Assembly: GCA_016748015.1 (NCBI GenBank)
Contig: JAAOMT010000128.1
Location: forward strand, 131,538-195,537
DNA length: 64,000 nt
Direction: 5' to 3'
From: Geosiphon pyriformis uo1
Taxonomy: Eukaryota; Fungi; Glomeromycota
The notes beneath the pieces were generated by a model, which worked only from the letters and a program-made list of their open reading frames with translations, did no database searches and had not been told where the DNA came from. Below are positions 24,566 through 38,551 of the stretch, in pieces. The stretch's first letter is position 1, and the number at the start of each line of letters is the position of its first letter. The position numbers and the translations under genes were made by a program.

Positions 24566-25717
24566 TACGACAGGGTGAACCAATAGTAAAATCTGCGATG
24601 ATCAGTCACGTAATGTAAAATCTGCGATAGGGTAAAAACCTGTAAACCCGTGATTGTATCAGGTGAAATCTTCGATAAATCGCATTTATATTAATGCACA
24701 TAATATAATTTGTAGAAAACCGCAGGTTCCGGTATTATCAGGAAACGATTATTTCGAGTCTTGCCTTGAACACTGGTAAAATCCTTATGTTATTGCGTGC
24801 GGATTAGAATTCAAATCGACAGACGGAGAGGCTCCAAAAAACGTTCCCACAAATGCTTATATGACTGAAAAATGCATATCATTGGAGACTGGAAAGCTTG
24901 AGTAAAGTGTCTATATTTTTTCCTCTATTTTCGCTTTGCATTCTAACCTTTTCTTAGGTATTTTTACCGATGCACAGGTGATACCGTATCAAAAAGACAA
25001 ATCGACTAGCAATTGCTTCTAATCCTTGCCATCAATGTTATGGGAATCAGCATTATTAATGAAAAGACGTCTCTTCAGAACAAAGATATACCAGAAGAAA
25101 TCAATTTTCTTAAAAGAAATCAAATTACAAAACAAAGGTAAATTTGAATTAAGTTTGTCACTTATTGTATTTATTTATTAATTTTTAATATAGATATCGT
25201 CTCATGGGAATTTCTTTTTGTAACATCATCCATCATATTGCCGATGTTCGTTTCAAAAATATTAAGAATTCTGGCTGGTATCAATACGATGGGTTGCAAA
25301 AAACCTACAAAGCAAGGGTAAGGGCAATTGGAAGTTCGCATCCTCCTCCCAAAAGTGGTTATACAATGAATTTTGTCATCTATGGAAAGATTTAAGTTTT
25401 TTGCAATAAAAACTGATCGTTATATGTAATGAAGAAGGACCTTTATTTTTAAGCTTACCTGTTTCAGTAATAACAGTATTACTCGTTTGAATTTTCCATT
25501 CAAAGTTGTGCCACTTAGTTTGGTCGACTTTATAATACTTTCAATTGGGTCTGCCCTCAAAAGGTGCCGTTGCTCTTAAAAAATGTCTATTTATCGCAGA
25601 TTTCACCTGATACAATCACGGGTTTTACAGGTTTTTACCCTATCGTAGGTTTTACATTAAGTGACCGATCATCGCAGATTTTTACTATTTGGTTATCTCA
25701 GATTTCACCCTATCATA
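24566..25717. mobile_element. Non-autonomous DNA transposon with ~130-bp TIRs, flanked by TTATAA on both sides
   Basis: Left end TACGACAGGGTGAA...ATCTGCGATGATC...CCCGTGATTGTATCAGGTGAAATC is mirrored at about 25585-25717. TTATAA at 24560-24565 and 25718-25723. Confidence 0.88.
24715..25395 (+). pseudogene. Spliced C-terminal remnant of a USP/peptidase C19-like protein inside the TIR element
   Basis: Three exons read ..KRQID*QLLLILAINV..DIPEEINF..RYRLMGISFCNIIHHIADV..GWYQYDG..MNFVIYGKI, matching the USP His-box layout. No Cys box; two stops. Confidence 0.6.
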
Positions 25718-26701
25718 TTATAATAATGTAATTTTTTAAAATTAAAAACCATAATAATATTTATTAAAACAAAATTCAGGATAAAATAACTCAAATTATA
25801 TTTGTGTAAATAAATTTTAAAATATAATATACATTTCAGAAAAGCCAAATGTTCTCAAGGAAATTACTATTTAAAACTATTGCAATCCCAAAACTTGCCC
25901 ATTTTTCAGAGAAACCATAAGTTTTTAGAATTGATTTCAACCATGATTCAAACCCAATTCAGGTCTCCTATGATGTTTTCGCATAATATAAATAAAGGAG
26001 CATGAAATTAATTCATCCAATTGCACGATTGTTGGAAATCGTAATCGACATAACGATATACATGGAGTTCTAGTTTTTTTTGAAGACAATTTTTATTTGT
26101 TTATAGGTTTAGCTAAAGGGCTTTGAACTTTCAAATCTATTGGGGCTTTTTTTAAAATTCAAGCGCAGTCACTGAAAACATCACTCTAATTAAATCTTCC
26201 TGTGTTGAGATTCAGATGTTATAAATCTCTGGGTTGGCCATTGGCGGCTATTGAAAAAATTTTTGCCTCATAGATTACTTTTTTTTCAGTTTATCACTAG
26301 AATATTGACAAGATTGCGAAAGGTAAACCCACTCGAAGATAATTGGTCAGTTTCGGAGATCCTTAACAACAGAGGGAAGAATGAAAGTATCAAAGGCGAA
26401 AGTTGATAAGTTGAGATCCATTAGAAAAAATTTTTGTTATACAACTAAGTTCCCAGGTAAAATGGATCTGATAATTTACTCTCGATAACAATTTGAGGTT
26501 AAAGGGTGATTAATAATGAAAACATGGATTTTTTCTATTCAGACTATTTGTTAAGAAAACTAAGATTGCCTGAAATCCAAAAAGATAAATGTTTTACAAG
26601 AAAATATATAACAAAATCGAATATGCGATATTATCTAATCTTTCGAGTATATCTGGAATTCAAAAAATTTGCCGAATGTCTTTTGTGAAATAATTACAGC
26701 C

Positions 26702-27923
26702 TTATACATTCTCTTCTGGGGCAGTTCTCATGGCCGCCTCCATTCTTTTAACCCTAATATAGTCCGAAAAACTTCGAATAACAATAAACCAACCTAAAAA
26801 CATCAGCAAGTAACTAAAAAAAAATAGAAATTATAAATATCTAAATTTACATTTAATCCATTTAAGCATTCCTAAAAATTTGAAGACATTTAATAACAAA
26901 CCTTAACCAGGCGCTCCTAGCAAGCATTTCTTTATCGTTGGGATCTTCCTCTCCGTAATATGAATAATTTTCTTCTTGCATTGCCTTTCCACGAAGATAG
27001 AAACCATATTGTACAAGTGTAAACCCTAAACCAGCACGAGAACCATTCTATTATAGAATGAATTAATAATTTATTATTCTTTCAAATTTTGAGATTTTCA
27101 GAGCAGTTATAACATACTTTGGCTGCATGGCTGGTATGCAAAAGATAAGTTAGCAAAAATCCGACAAATTGGAAACTCATTGATACTAATATGAAATAAG
27201 GATTGCAAAAAAGTATATTTAATATCTAATATAATTGAATCCACGAAAAATCACTCAATCTAGGAATCACTTACCCAACATGTTCCAAACGAAACTAAAG
27301 ACATTGCCTACAGGGAGACCTTCCACTAGGATGTCATCACCGTTCATACCTGGTGCAATTATGGTAGTTTCCCAATAGGGTGGAGCAGAATCTGCTGCTG
27401 CAGTTTCGTATGGCTTAAAACATTGAAAGAATGAGTCTACAATGATTTCATATTTATAGGATTCAAATCATAAAATTTGCTTACTGGGGGATTTTCTTCT
27501 TCCTTTTCTACATCTCTTTCAGGCTTTGCGGCCAAGTTTGAAAACACACCATCGTTGCTTGAAGGCAAAGGTGCTGGTAATAAATTGTTTGGTTTCCTTG
27601 TCACTGCATTCAACATCGAAAGCCGATTATCGGCTTCCCTAGTACCATCGGTGGTTTGAAACTCAGGCGAATTTGTTTGATTGACCATTGGACTGGTTTC
27701 GGTGTCTATTATGTTTTCACTATACTCTGGTACCGAAGGTGTTGGACTGGGTGACCGAGGAACAAACTCCCGTGGACTGCTGGGAACATGAAGCTCAACA
27801 ACTTGAACATCGACTTCTTGGTTCGGGACCTAGTTTATTTAATGAGCATGAACACAAAACAAAAATGTTCACTACATTTATTCAGTTATAGCTCTAAGGA
27901 CCTACCCGTGAATACTGACTCAT
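26702..27923 (-). CDS. BSD2: Bsd2/NDFIP-like Rsp5 adaptor membrane protein (DUF2370-type), 6 exons
   Basis: MSQYSR/...NDGVFSNLAAKPE..PP/PYETAAADSAPPYWETTI..EGLPVGNVFSFVWNML/VSMSFQFVGFLLTYLLHTSHAAK/NGSRAGLG../YLLMFLGWFIVIRS..EENV*. Confidence 0.92.
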
Positions 27924-28401
27924 TGTAGAAAAAGGCAAGAAAAATAGAAATTGTTAGTGTTTTGGTGTTTCCCTGAAACACTTGTAGGAAGTCAAAAAAT
28001 AAAAGATAAAGTAGCGGCGATCAATAAGTTATTGTTAGAACTTGAGGTTACGAAAGTATATTATGATAATTAGTCAGTACGGAAATAACCTCAATGACAA
28101 GGCATATTACACGGCAACGCACCACTATGACTTTGATCGACACACAATCTGATAAATGGTCTGGCGATTGACCTCGCATTACATTCCATGTGGAAAAGCA
28201 CATGATGTATGAATGATGATTTATTAAACTCAAAAAGCACTAACCTGTAAAATTGGGTTCTCAAAGCGAATAACAATAATAATTATTATTTAATACTTAA
28301 AGAAAGAGCAGTAATGCAATAAAACAGAAGGGTTTTTGTTTGCCATCCGACGGAATTTTAAATTATATATTATTGATATCTATATTTTTAAGGACAATTG
28401 A

Positions 28402-30470
28402 TCACTTGAAGGTTTTACCATCAGCGAATTTCTTTCCATCAAGATGACCATCCCAGGCCTAATTGAGATAGAATAGTGGATATTTAATAATATATCAGAA
28501 AAATTAATTCAGACCGAAAATATCTTACCAAGTAATCTTCAAAACTAGAGCGAACAGCCGGATCTTTATGATCAACTTTCTTGAAAGTATAACTTTCGTA
28601 ATCGGCAGCATCAGTTACTAATAATATAATTTTTTGAATTTTTAGCTTATAACTCAAAATTAATAATCAAACGAATCCAAGTGTATACCTTCTTCTGGGA
28701 CTTCTTGCCCACGAATAACAAAGTAGCCGGCGATTTCATTGTTGTTGTCTAAAAATTGGGAAGGACTTCAGAACAATCTTAATAAAAATTAGCAACATAA
28801 AATGGATACTTTACCTTCACCCAAAACTAATAAATTTCCAAAGGCATACTTGCGCGCCCTTTCTAGCCGATTGTAAAAGCCTCCGATCAAGTTAGAGCTT
28901 TGATAGACTTTCTGAAGCTCACTATTATATTTATAATCTACACGCCAAATGGAATAACCCTCGGGGTCAAAATGTTCCCAGAACCAATCAATTGCAGTAG
29001 GACGGGTATCGTTGTTAGAGTAAAATCGTTTCCATTCGTCTAAGATCAATGGACTGGGAGGAAGACTATCCAATTGACTTTTAGGTTTTGGAGCGGACTT
29101 TTCTTCTTCTTCCTCCTCATCTATTTCTTTTTCTTTTTCTTTTACTTTTACTTCCTTCTTGGGTTGCTCTTTCTTAGGTTCCTTCTTTTTTTCTTTAGGA
29201 GCTGGGAATATACAAAGTGAATATGACATTTACAATGATGAAATATAATTGAATCATTTTCATAGCATACCAGTGAAGACCTCGGCAACTTCAACGAGAG
29301 GGGCGTCACCTATAACTTTCTTGAAACTGGGTTGATGAGTGAGAGTCACATACCAACGGGTAAGATTCTTGTAATTTTTACGGAATTCAGCGTCCAGAAC
29401 ATGTTTGAAGCCTTGATAGAGTGCAGTCGCCACACTGATATCTGCCAACGTTATACGTTCACCCACAAGATAGGTCTTTTTCAATAAAATCTTTTCTAAA
29501 ACATTCAAAGACTTTTTCAGATTTTCTACGGCTTGATTATGGGCCTACAAGTATGAAGAGCCAAAAATGGAACATCAGATTCTTGTATCTTGATATCAAT
29601 GAATAGAAGTGCAAATGTTAAACATCATCTTACAGGTCTCATATAAGGGGTTATCTTAAGGATGGGATACACCCATGCATTAACGTGAGGGAGGATTTCA
29701 GTCTCGGCGAAAAGAACATAGTGAAGGACTTGAGATGTTTCCTTCTTGTTATTGCCCAAGAGGGAGGTACCTTCCTTGTGACTAGCGACTGATAATCAGA
29801 TTACAAAAGGTAGAGTTAATTTGGTCAGAAGATGAAGATCACATGTAAATTAAGTAAGTGCCATTGTTGATTCTCAGATAATTGAAAGTCATCACAAAAT
29901 TGTTTATCAGCCAGGGATAACTGTTTTAGGTTTTTATCATCATACGCCAACAAATGTATCATCCAGTTTTACTCATAAATTCGTAAAAAATGGCAATATG
30001 AGAAATTTAACTGCCTACCATAATATGCTATAGCCCCAGATTCGTTGAGGATTAGCCCATCAGCACTTTCAAAGGCTGGAACCTAACATCAATATTAATG
30101 AGAATCAAAAGATTGTGATCAAATATAATAATGAAATGTACTTTAGGATGATGAAATTTTTCCAAGAATTCGGGCGATTGATCGTGTGTGCCTATAATAT
30201 ATTCGTTGACATCAATCTCTAAGTTGTTATAATTGGCTACAATGAGAATTTTGTAAAGTCGAGGATTGTTAAGATCGCTGTAGACTTTCTGAAAGAGAAA
30301 ATAATAATATGTAAATCAGAGGTTTTGTAAAAAAGCGGTGGACAAATTTCCAAGACCTTCATCAGTAAATTTCTGGTTCACTTGAAAGTATTACACAATT
30401 TACAAGTTTCCTCACAAAAAAGCTGTTCGAAGAAACTAATCGAGATTCTTACCCCAACTGATGCCGACAT
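28402..30470 (-). CDS. TEF4: Translation elongation factor 1B gamma (GST-like N-term, K/E linker, EF1G C-term), multi-exon
   Basis: VPAFESADG..LNESGAIAYY; TYLVGERITLADISVA; LDEWKRFYSNNDTRPTAIDWFWEHFDPEGYSIW; ends ADGKTFK*. Confidence 0.95.
29870..29948 (-). ncRNA. snR38: Box C/D snoRNA, snR38 homologue, in an eEF1B-gamma intron
   Basis: ATGATGA ... guide CAGTTATCCCTG, CTGA (D'), TGATGA (C'), CTGA (D), flanking GTTG/CAAC stem. The guide is complementary to LSU rRNA CAGGGATAACTG. Yeast snR38 sits in the TEF4 intron. Confidence 0.9.
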
Positions 30471-30649
30471 TTTAGAGAATTATAAAAAAAGGCAAAAAAA
30501 AAGACAAGCCAACAATCGATTTTTCAAAAAACTGGTGCAACGTTTTATTATCTGATGATGATTATCAGGGACCCTAATTTATATTCAAATAAAAGCCTGG
30601 GCGATCAAAAGTCAAGAGCATATTTCTAAATCGATATTCTAATAAGTTT

Positions 30650-32370
30650 AGAATTAATATTATTTGATCAACAAAACAATGTAATTAATCATTTAAATTA
30701 TTTTAAGTTATATATTTTGATTACAATAATATTTGTTTGATTTAAATATTTATTATTGTTTCAAAAATTTTATTTTTTAATTCAACAATTATTAAAAATC
30801 TAATTAATCATTTAAACTTATGCTATTATATTTAATTATTAAAATTTTTTTTTATCTACATATCTTAATATTTTAAATTATTTTGAAAACTAGTTATTAA
30901 CTTAATTATTGATCAATTATTAACTTATTATTAAAAATAAAATCATCAAATAAACAAATGAATTTTTTTAATTAAATTGTAAATATATTATTTATAATTT
31001 TTAAATAAACATTAGATTTGTTATTATTGTTAAAATTCGAAATCAAAAACAGCATAAAATTACTGATTATTTAATCAATTTATTTAATTATTATTATTAT
31101 TTTCATTTTAATATATTAAATATTTTAATAAAAATATAAAAAGTTTAAAAAAATAAATTAAAATTATAAATAATTATTTAGATTTTATTTTATTATGCAA
31201 ATAAAAAAATTATTAAAAATTTTGTTTTTGTTATATAAAGTAAAATAAAACTAAAAAATTAATTTTATATAATTTTAATTAAAAAATTTATGTTTAAAAA
31301 TTGGTATTAAAAAACATAAAAAATTCATAAATAATCAAAATAATAAATATATTAAATTAATTTTATTATGCAAATAAAAAAATATATGAATTTTCATAAT
31401 TAAGATAAAATTAAATCATAAAATATATATATATGTTTTAATAATCTGAAATATTAATACAAATATTTTTTTATTAAATTAACTTAATTATTTCGAAAAA
31501 TAAAAAAAGTTAAATGTATTTTTTTATATATATTCTTAGTTTAAATATCTTAAAATAAATAATAATAAATTAAAATTGTAATTATCTTTAAATAAAATTG
31601 TTTTAATATAAGTTAAAAAAAGTTTTTTTTTTAATATTTTTATAATTACAATTAAAGCAAAAAAGTGTAATCTCTTTATTTTTTAAAGCAATTATTAATA
31701 TTTTTAATAATAAAATATTTATAAGTATAAAAACTGGTTATTAATGTTTTATAAAAGTGTTTTTCTTAAATAAAATAATTATTAACCAGTTTTTTGCTAA
31801 TTTTAGTGCTTTTTTTTTGGTTTTAAATAAAAATTTAAAAATTTAAAAATTTTTTTAAAGTAATTAACCAAGATTAATTTTAATATAATTGTTATTATTA
31901 TTATTTTTATACTAATTTAAATAACCAAAAAAAACAAACACTTTTTTTTAAGCTATTAATGTTTTTTTTTAGTATTTTTTAAGATATTATCTAGTTTTTA
32001 AAACCATTTTTTTTTTTTAAAAAATAAAACTTTTGTTTTTTGTTTTTTTAATTTTTTTGCCAGTTTTATATTATTTATATTAATTATAATATTTAGTTTT
32101 ATTATAATTATAAATGAAAAATTTTTTATATTTTAAATAATAACAATAAAAACATATTGGTTAATTTTAATTTAGATTAATTTTTGGTTGTATTGTTTAA
32201 TATATTAGTTTTTAACTGATTTTTATCAATTTAAAAACAAAACAAATTATATTTTTGTATGTATTTTTAATTAATTAACTTATTAAATTATTTTATCTTA
32301 AGAATAAAATTGATTAAATAAAAATTAAATATTTTTTTTTTGTTTTTAATAGTTTTATTTTTATTAAATT
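30650..32370. other. Extremely AT-rich tract between the gene island and LINE 2
   Basis: Very little G/C and no ORFs; short internal repeats such as TTTTATTATGCAAATAAAAAA near 31190 and 31365. Confidence 0.7.
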
Positions 32371-35300
32371 TTTATAAATGTAGTCTAATTACTACTTAAA
32401 AACATATAATTATATAAGATTTTATATTAAGTATAACTTATGCTTTTTCTATACATAACCAGCCACTTAGATCAATTAAAGTAGCACTATATACTTAAAT
32501 TACCAACTACAGAATAGTTATACAAGAACCTAAATTGCATACATATTAAATAAAGATGTAGACCAAAGCAAATATAGATATCTAGTTTGATGTCAAAATT
32601 ATAAATTATCTTATAAAATTACACAAAAGATAAATTAACTATGACTAAAATCATAAACTTATCATATAACAATAGATCATATTTTTTATAATGTGTTTTT
32701 AATTTGGCAATTGACAATCATATAACAGATCTGTAACTCTCAACAAAATACTTAACCAAATTAATAACTAATAATTTATTATCTAATTTATTTTTCAATA
32801 AGTTTATTATATCAGACACCCAATTTTTCATTATAAAGTTTTTAGCTAATAATATATATAAACAATAAAAAAGTTTAGCTTTATAAAAAAACAAATTACT
32901 ATACAGTTAGTAATATAAACACTTAGCAAACTAATTTACTTTCTAATAGTATTTAAAATCAATTATTTCTTGGCATAATTATTGTATGTGCATAAAAATA
33001 TATGATCTGAGTCTTTTATTATTTTGCATTGAATACATAATATATTAAGATAACTTAAATTATATAATTTTTTCCTTTTAACTACAGGCAGTCAGTGGTG
33101 TAAAATTTTCATAAAATAAGATCAAAATAGTGCAAAAGCAGAGCTTATAAAACCAGACCAAACTTAATCATCAGAATGCCATATACTAAAAGTTTAATGC
33201 ATATCAAAAAGATTGTAAAAAGATTTATTCACAATACTATTTACATATCTGAATTTTCAATTAACATAACTGATAGTCTCAAACAAATTTTTAACAAAGT
33301 AATAGGTATTCTTGAAGACAAATTTACTTTTTATGGCAAGAAAGTAATATAATATTTTAATAAGCAGTATAAAATTAAACATGATAGCAGTATTAACAAA
33401 AAAATCTGTATGCTTATTGCTAACAACTCTAGACCTTGTTTTAGCTAATTAACAGGTTTTTAAATTTAATAATTTGATAAACATACTTTTTTTCTATCCA
33501 ACATTTATTATAAAAGTCTGGTTTAATATTTTTTATAGTCAAAACACAAATATTCAATAATGTTTGACTATTTATAAATAACTTTACCAAATTAAATACA
33601 GGAACACAATTCAAAGCAAGAGTAATAGTTTGTATTTTTACAAGAGTTAAAAAAAACAAGTTATGAATCTTAACACTTATACTTATATTAGCATCTAAAA
33701 AATAAACAGCAGTACCATTGTGAATATTTATAGATTCTAAATTTTTAACTGATCTATCTATATAAATAACTATTTTATTAACCTTTTTTTTTATAAGACA
33801 TTCTTAATAAAGCCAATATTATATAAACAACTACTAAGAATAGAACAATATATTAAAACACAACTGTTATTCAAACTATTATTTTTAATGAATTCAGCCA
33901 GTAAACTAAACCACTTAGGAATTAAATCTTTAAGGTCTAGTTTCTTTTATTTGTAAAATGTATTTTATATAAAACACATACTATAATAGTTCAAAAGCTG
34001 GTTTACAAAAACAATACCAAACCTTTTAAGGAAATTTACTATCTTTATATAATACTTCAATCTTAAGATATTTATAATAGTAATATTATTACTAATTCGA
34101 AACACATTAGGTATGTTATTATTTAACAACAAATTACATAATATCAGAGTGTTTATTACACCTATTAAAAAGCAATTTATAAGAATAATTAATAGTATAA
34201 TTAAAAAACTAAGAAGTTGCCAAGACATTTATTGATGACTTGTAGATTTATAGTTTTGTGCTTAAACAAATTGCTAAGAATGTCCTTTAAATTAGAATAA
34301 ATTACTAAATTGGTTAATGAGTTTTTTGTTTGTATTTGCCTAAATGTCTTAAGATTATATAACTTAAAATGGAAAATAGCTTTATTAAAAAAATTCTTAA
34401 GTAGATTGGTCTTGAGTTTTAACTTTTTCTTTAGTATTTTGTCTATTTTTTACACATACTTATTAACATATAACTGAATTGTAGTTTATAACAAATTATA
34501 AACTGCAAAATAGCAGACACCAAATACAGAAATTATTTATTAAAAACAGTCTTTCTTAGAACCAAATTTGGAAAAAAATTTATGTTCAAGTGTGTTTTGA
34601 CAAGACTTGGACAAGAAAAACTTTTTGTAAACAAAAAAATACTCAGATATTTATAAGCTTCACTCTTTTTTGCTATTAAAATATTCGACTTACTTATTAT
34701 CAAACAAAGATTTTCCACTTTTTGGTTGATAAAAATAACAACTGTTTTATCCATGTTAATTAAAATATTATTAATATGAAAAAATTTACTAGTTATATTT
34801 AAAATATGCTAAGTAACAAACATATTGTTCCTAATTTAGATCATGTTGTCTATAAAAACTCCAGCCATTATGAAAGATATTTTGTTATTTTTAAGATCTT
34901 GTTTGCCAATTTGTGTAAAAAATCTAAAATCTATTCTGTAATCATGTGTATAGTTATGCTTTTTAATCTTATAAAATAAAGAATCATAGAAAATTTTCCA
35001 TAGCAGTAGTAAGAAGACTTTACTCTAATCTAGTTTATTATGTATTATATACTTTGCTGTAAATCCAAAATCTGTTATTACTTAATTGATTCAATTATTG
35101 TGTATATTTTTAAAGAATCTAATAAAATAGAAACACATTTTAATTTTAATTAAACTGTTTTTCAAGTAATGCTACCTAACAGAATTATATGTTTTATACA
35201 TATCTTGAAGAACCAACCACAGTTTTTTGTCTTTTTTTAATATATCATCAATCACAGAACCAACAACAAAAATTGGAATTTAAGTAAATATGTCTTTCAA

Positions 35301-37150
35301 AACTGAGAAATTATTACTATGCAGAATATCAAACCTATTATATATTGAAGAAATCCTATTTGAAAGAAGTTTTAATAAAATTTTCCAAGTAGTTTTAATC
35401 AAAGCTATTAGCTTAATATTAATAAGAGTTCTTTTTTAGTTATATAGTTTTAGTATCATAGAGATCCAAGCTTTTTTTTACTGTATAAAAACTGCAATTA
35501 ACCTTAGACATATATTGAAAATATTCAATAAATATCCAAAACCTGCACATTACTGTGCTTTTAAAGCTCATTAGGGATATTAAAAAGGCCAGCCACTTTT
35601 TTATTAAACAGATTCTTAACTATCTGTAAAAATTTATCAAGATTAATATTACATATTATTTTCGAAAAAACATTATTGTTAACATAGTTTAAAGAAGCAT
35701 ATTAATTAGACTACTGATTTATCAAAACATTGAGCATTACACATTTTCTTGCTTATTTTTCTATGATCATATCAATATTAGACTTAACTTTATTAGGTTT
35801 TAGTACTAGATTATTATTTACTATTAGATGATTAAGCACTATTTTCTGAATAAGACATTTTAAAATACTTTTGATCATGTATTTTTTGTTAGAGCAAAAG
35901 TTTTCCATATGTTTTTCTATTATTTTTCTAATAAAATTATTCCTGGCAATTTTGAATTCATAATACTTGGATCTATAATACTTTTTTTTAATGCTTAACA
36001 AGTAACATAAAATTTTATCTGTCTTTTTATTACTGCCAATTATGATTTCTACTTTGGAAACTTTTACTTTATTAATAACAGTCCAGGTATTAAAGAGGCA
36101 GTCAGTTTTTAAAAGTTGATTTGTACTTAAATTTTTTATAATCTTGGCTATTAGTAATTCCAACTTAAAAAATTTAGATAATTGCTTATTCTTTAAATAT
36201 TTATATTTATTGAATCAATGTCTAAAGAAAATTTTATTGGCAAAACTTATTACTATTTTTTTTAGATTTTTTTATATTGTATCTAAATCTTTATGGCTCT
36301 TTGTATTATTGAATTTTGTTATATTCAACAAAAACTTTTCCAAAAAATACTTCTTAAATTGTAATTACTTAACAGTATTAACATTCTTGATTTTAAATTT
36401 TCATTTATTTTTGTTGGCTTGCTTGTATATACTATTTAGTTGAATATCTAAGAGACTATCCAAACTAATTAAAACCAAAACTGTTTTGTAATTTATATTA
36501 AAAAAGTCAGAAACAGAATTAATTCTATAATCAGCAATAGTAAACAATAAACTCTTACTAATAAAAATGTAATCTATGATCTTTTTGACTCTTTTTGAAT
36601 TGCTCTAAATAGAGATTTTGACCAATAGATGTCTATTAAACAAATTAACCAAACCTAAATTCAAATAAAACTTGAAATTTACACTTTTTCTGGACCTATT
36701 TTTGATAAATTTTCCACCCAAAACCATAAAAATACTAAAGTTAACTGCTTTAGTAATGAGATAATTGATTTCTATAGCCTAATCAAATCTAGTTTCAGGA
36801 AAAGCACCAGCATATAAACCCAAAATTGTAACTAAAAGCTTGTTTTTAAAGAAAATTTATATTAAAATAATCTGATTTAAAACTTCTTCTATCTTAAAAA
36901 CTGTCTAATTAGAGAATTATTTATAATAATAGTTATTTTTAATATCAAAAAAACTTTTATTTAAACCAGATGTAAAAATTTGTATTCTATTAAACTTATT
37001 TATAATCTATAATCTAATACCAGATTTTAATTTCGTTTTTGTAATAATAAAAATCATATTATTCATACTTGTGTGCTAATAAACAACATCTTTTTGCTTT
37101 GCAAAAACATTAATATCTTAAATATTAAACATAGCAAATCTTTACTAATT
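32370..37150 (-). mobile_element. LINE 2, ORF2 only (APE-RT-RNase H to 3' end), very degenerate
   Basis: Colinear with LINE 1 ORF2 (ORFs 35753-36163, 34533-34754, 33965-34228); 3' end resembles that of LINE 4. Confidence 0.85.
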
Positions 37151-38551
37151 ACCAAATAATCCAAAACAACTTTGTGGAAGAGTTATTTCAGAATACTTTT
37201 TATTATGTTTTCTTTATCTGAATTGAAATTATCTATATGTTTTTCAATTACTCTTTTAATGACTGTATCTTTAGCTACTTCTAATTCATATTACTTGAAC
37301 TTTTTATATCTCTTTTTAATTAATAACAATTGTTTAATAGTTTCTATTGAAAATGCATTATTTTGAATCATAAAATCAATCTTGAAAGTTTCTTTGCTGT
37401 TAATAGTCTATTATTTTTTAAGAAGACATTCATATCTAAGCCTATTGCCTATTTTCAATTCTTTTACAACCTTGGCCATAAATAACTCCAGCCCAAAAAA
37501 CTTTGATGATTATATATTCTTCGAATACTTAAAATTATTAATCTAATGTTTAGCAAAAGTAAGATTAGTTAAACCCACCATCACTACCTTAATCTTCTCC
37601 CATATGACATCTAAAAATTTACCCATTATCAAAAAAAGTTTGGTAGAAATACACTCCTTAAACTGAATCTATTTGGCACTATTTATGTCTTTGATATTAA
37701 ACTTCTAGTAATTTTTGTTTGCTTGTTTTCAAACACTATTAAGGTATGCATTCAAGAAATTTCTTAACCTAATTAAAACCAAAACTGTCATATAATCTAT
37801 GTTAAAAAAGTCAAATATAGAGCCAACTTCATGTACCAAAATAGTTGATGACAAATTCTTATTAACAAAAATATAAGTTATAACTTTTACAGCTCCTCTG
37901 AAGTTACTTTAAATAGAAACCTTAGCTAACAAATATTCTTTAAGTGTATTAATTGGATCCAAGTCCAAACACTTCTTAAAGCTCGCACTTTTTTTAGAAC
38001 TATTTTCATTAAAGTCACCACCTAAAACCATGAAAAAATTAGAATTAATTTTCTCAGAAATCATAGTGTTGATATTTAAAGCTTGGCCAAATTATGTACC
38101 AACTGATACATCAACATATAAACTTAGTATTATGACCAAAAACTTGTCTTTAAACAAAAAACATATTAAAATCAACTAATCTGAAATCTTCATCATCTTT
38201 AACACATGTTAAGCTAAAGAACTGTTTATAATAACAGCAATACTAACACCAAAAAACTCTTATCTAACCCAAAAATAAAAATTCAAACCCTATTAAATTT
38301 TTTTATAATCCATAGTCTAATATTAAATTTTAACTTTATTTCAGTAATAATAGAAATTATGTTGCCTAAATTTACATGTCAATAAACAATGTCTTTCTAT
38401 TTGACAAAAACATTGAAATTTTTAATATTATAAATAGCAATTTTCCAAATTAGATCCATTATTTAGAAGAGAAATCTCTTGCATCCAAACTAAAATTGTC
38501 TACTTTGGTTATTAGGCCCATAACTGTAGCTAACAAATTATTCATATTTAC

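Noticed and set aside
25780-26700. ORF 26506-26688 and surrounding sequence
   Set aside because: No motifs or splice-consistent frame found; likely BSD2 3' UTR or intergenic.
28048-28276. Two 61-aa minus ORFs between BSD2 and TEF4
   Set aside because: Non-ATG starts and no protein signal; promoter or UTR region.
30290-30452. Second C/D snoRNA in TEF4 intron 1 (TGATGA...CTGA)
   Set aside because: Only about 50 nt between boxes, no recognisable rRNA guide or stem; the CTGA may be the branch site.
30565-30580. Telo-box-like ACCCTAA upstream of TEF4
   Set aside because: Single imperfect short match.
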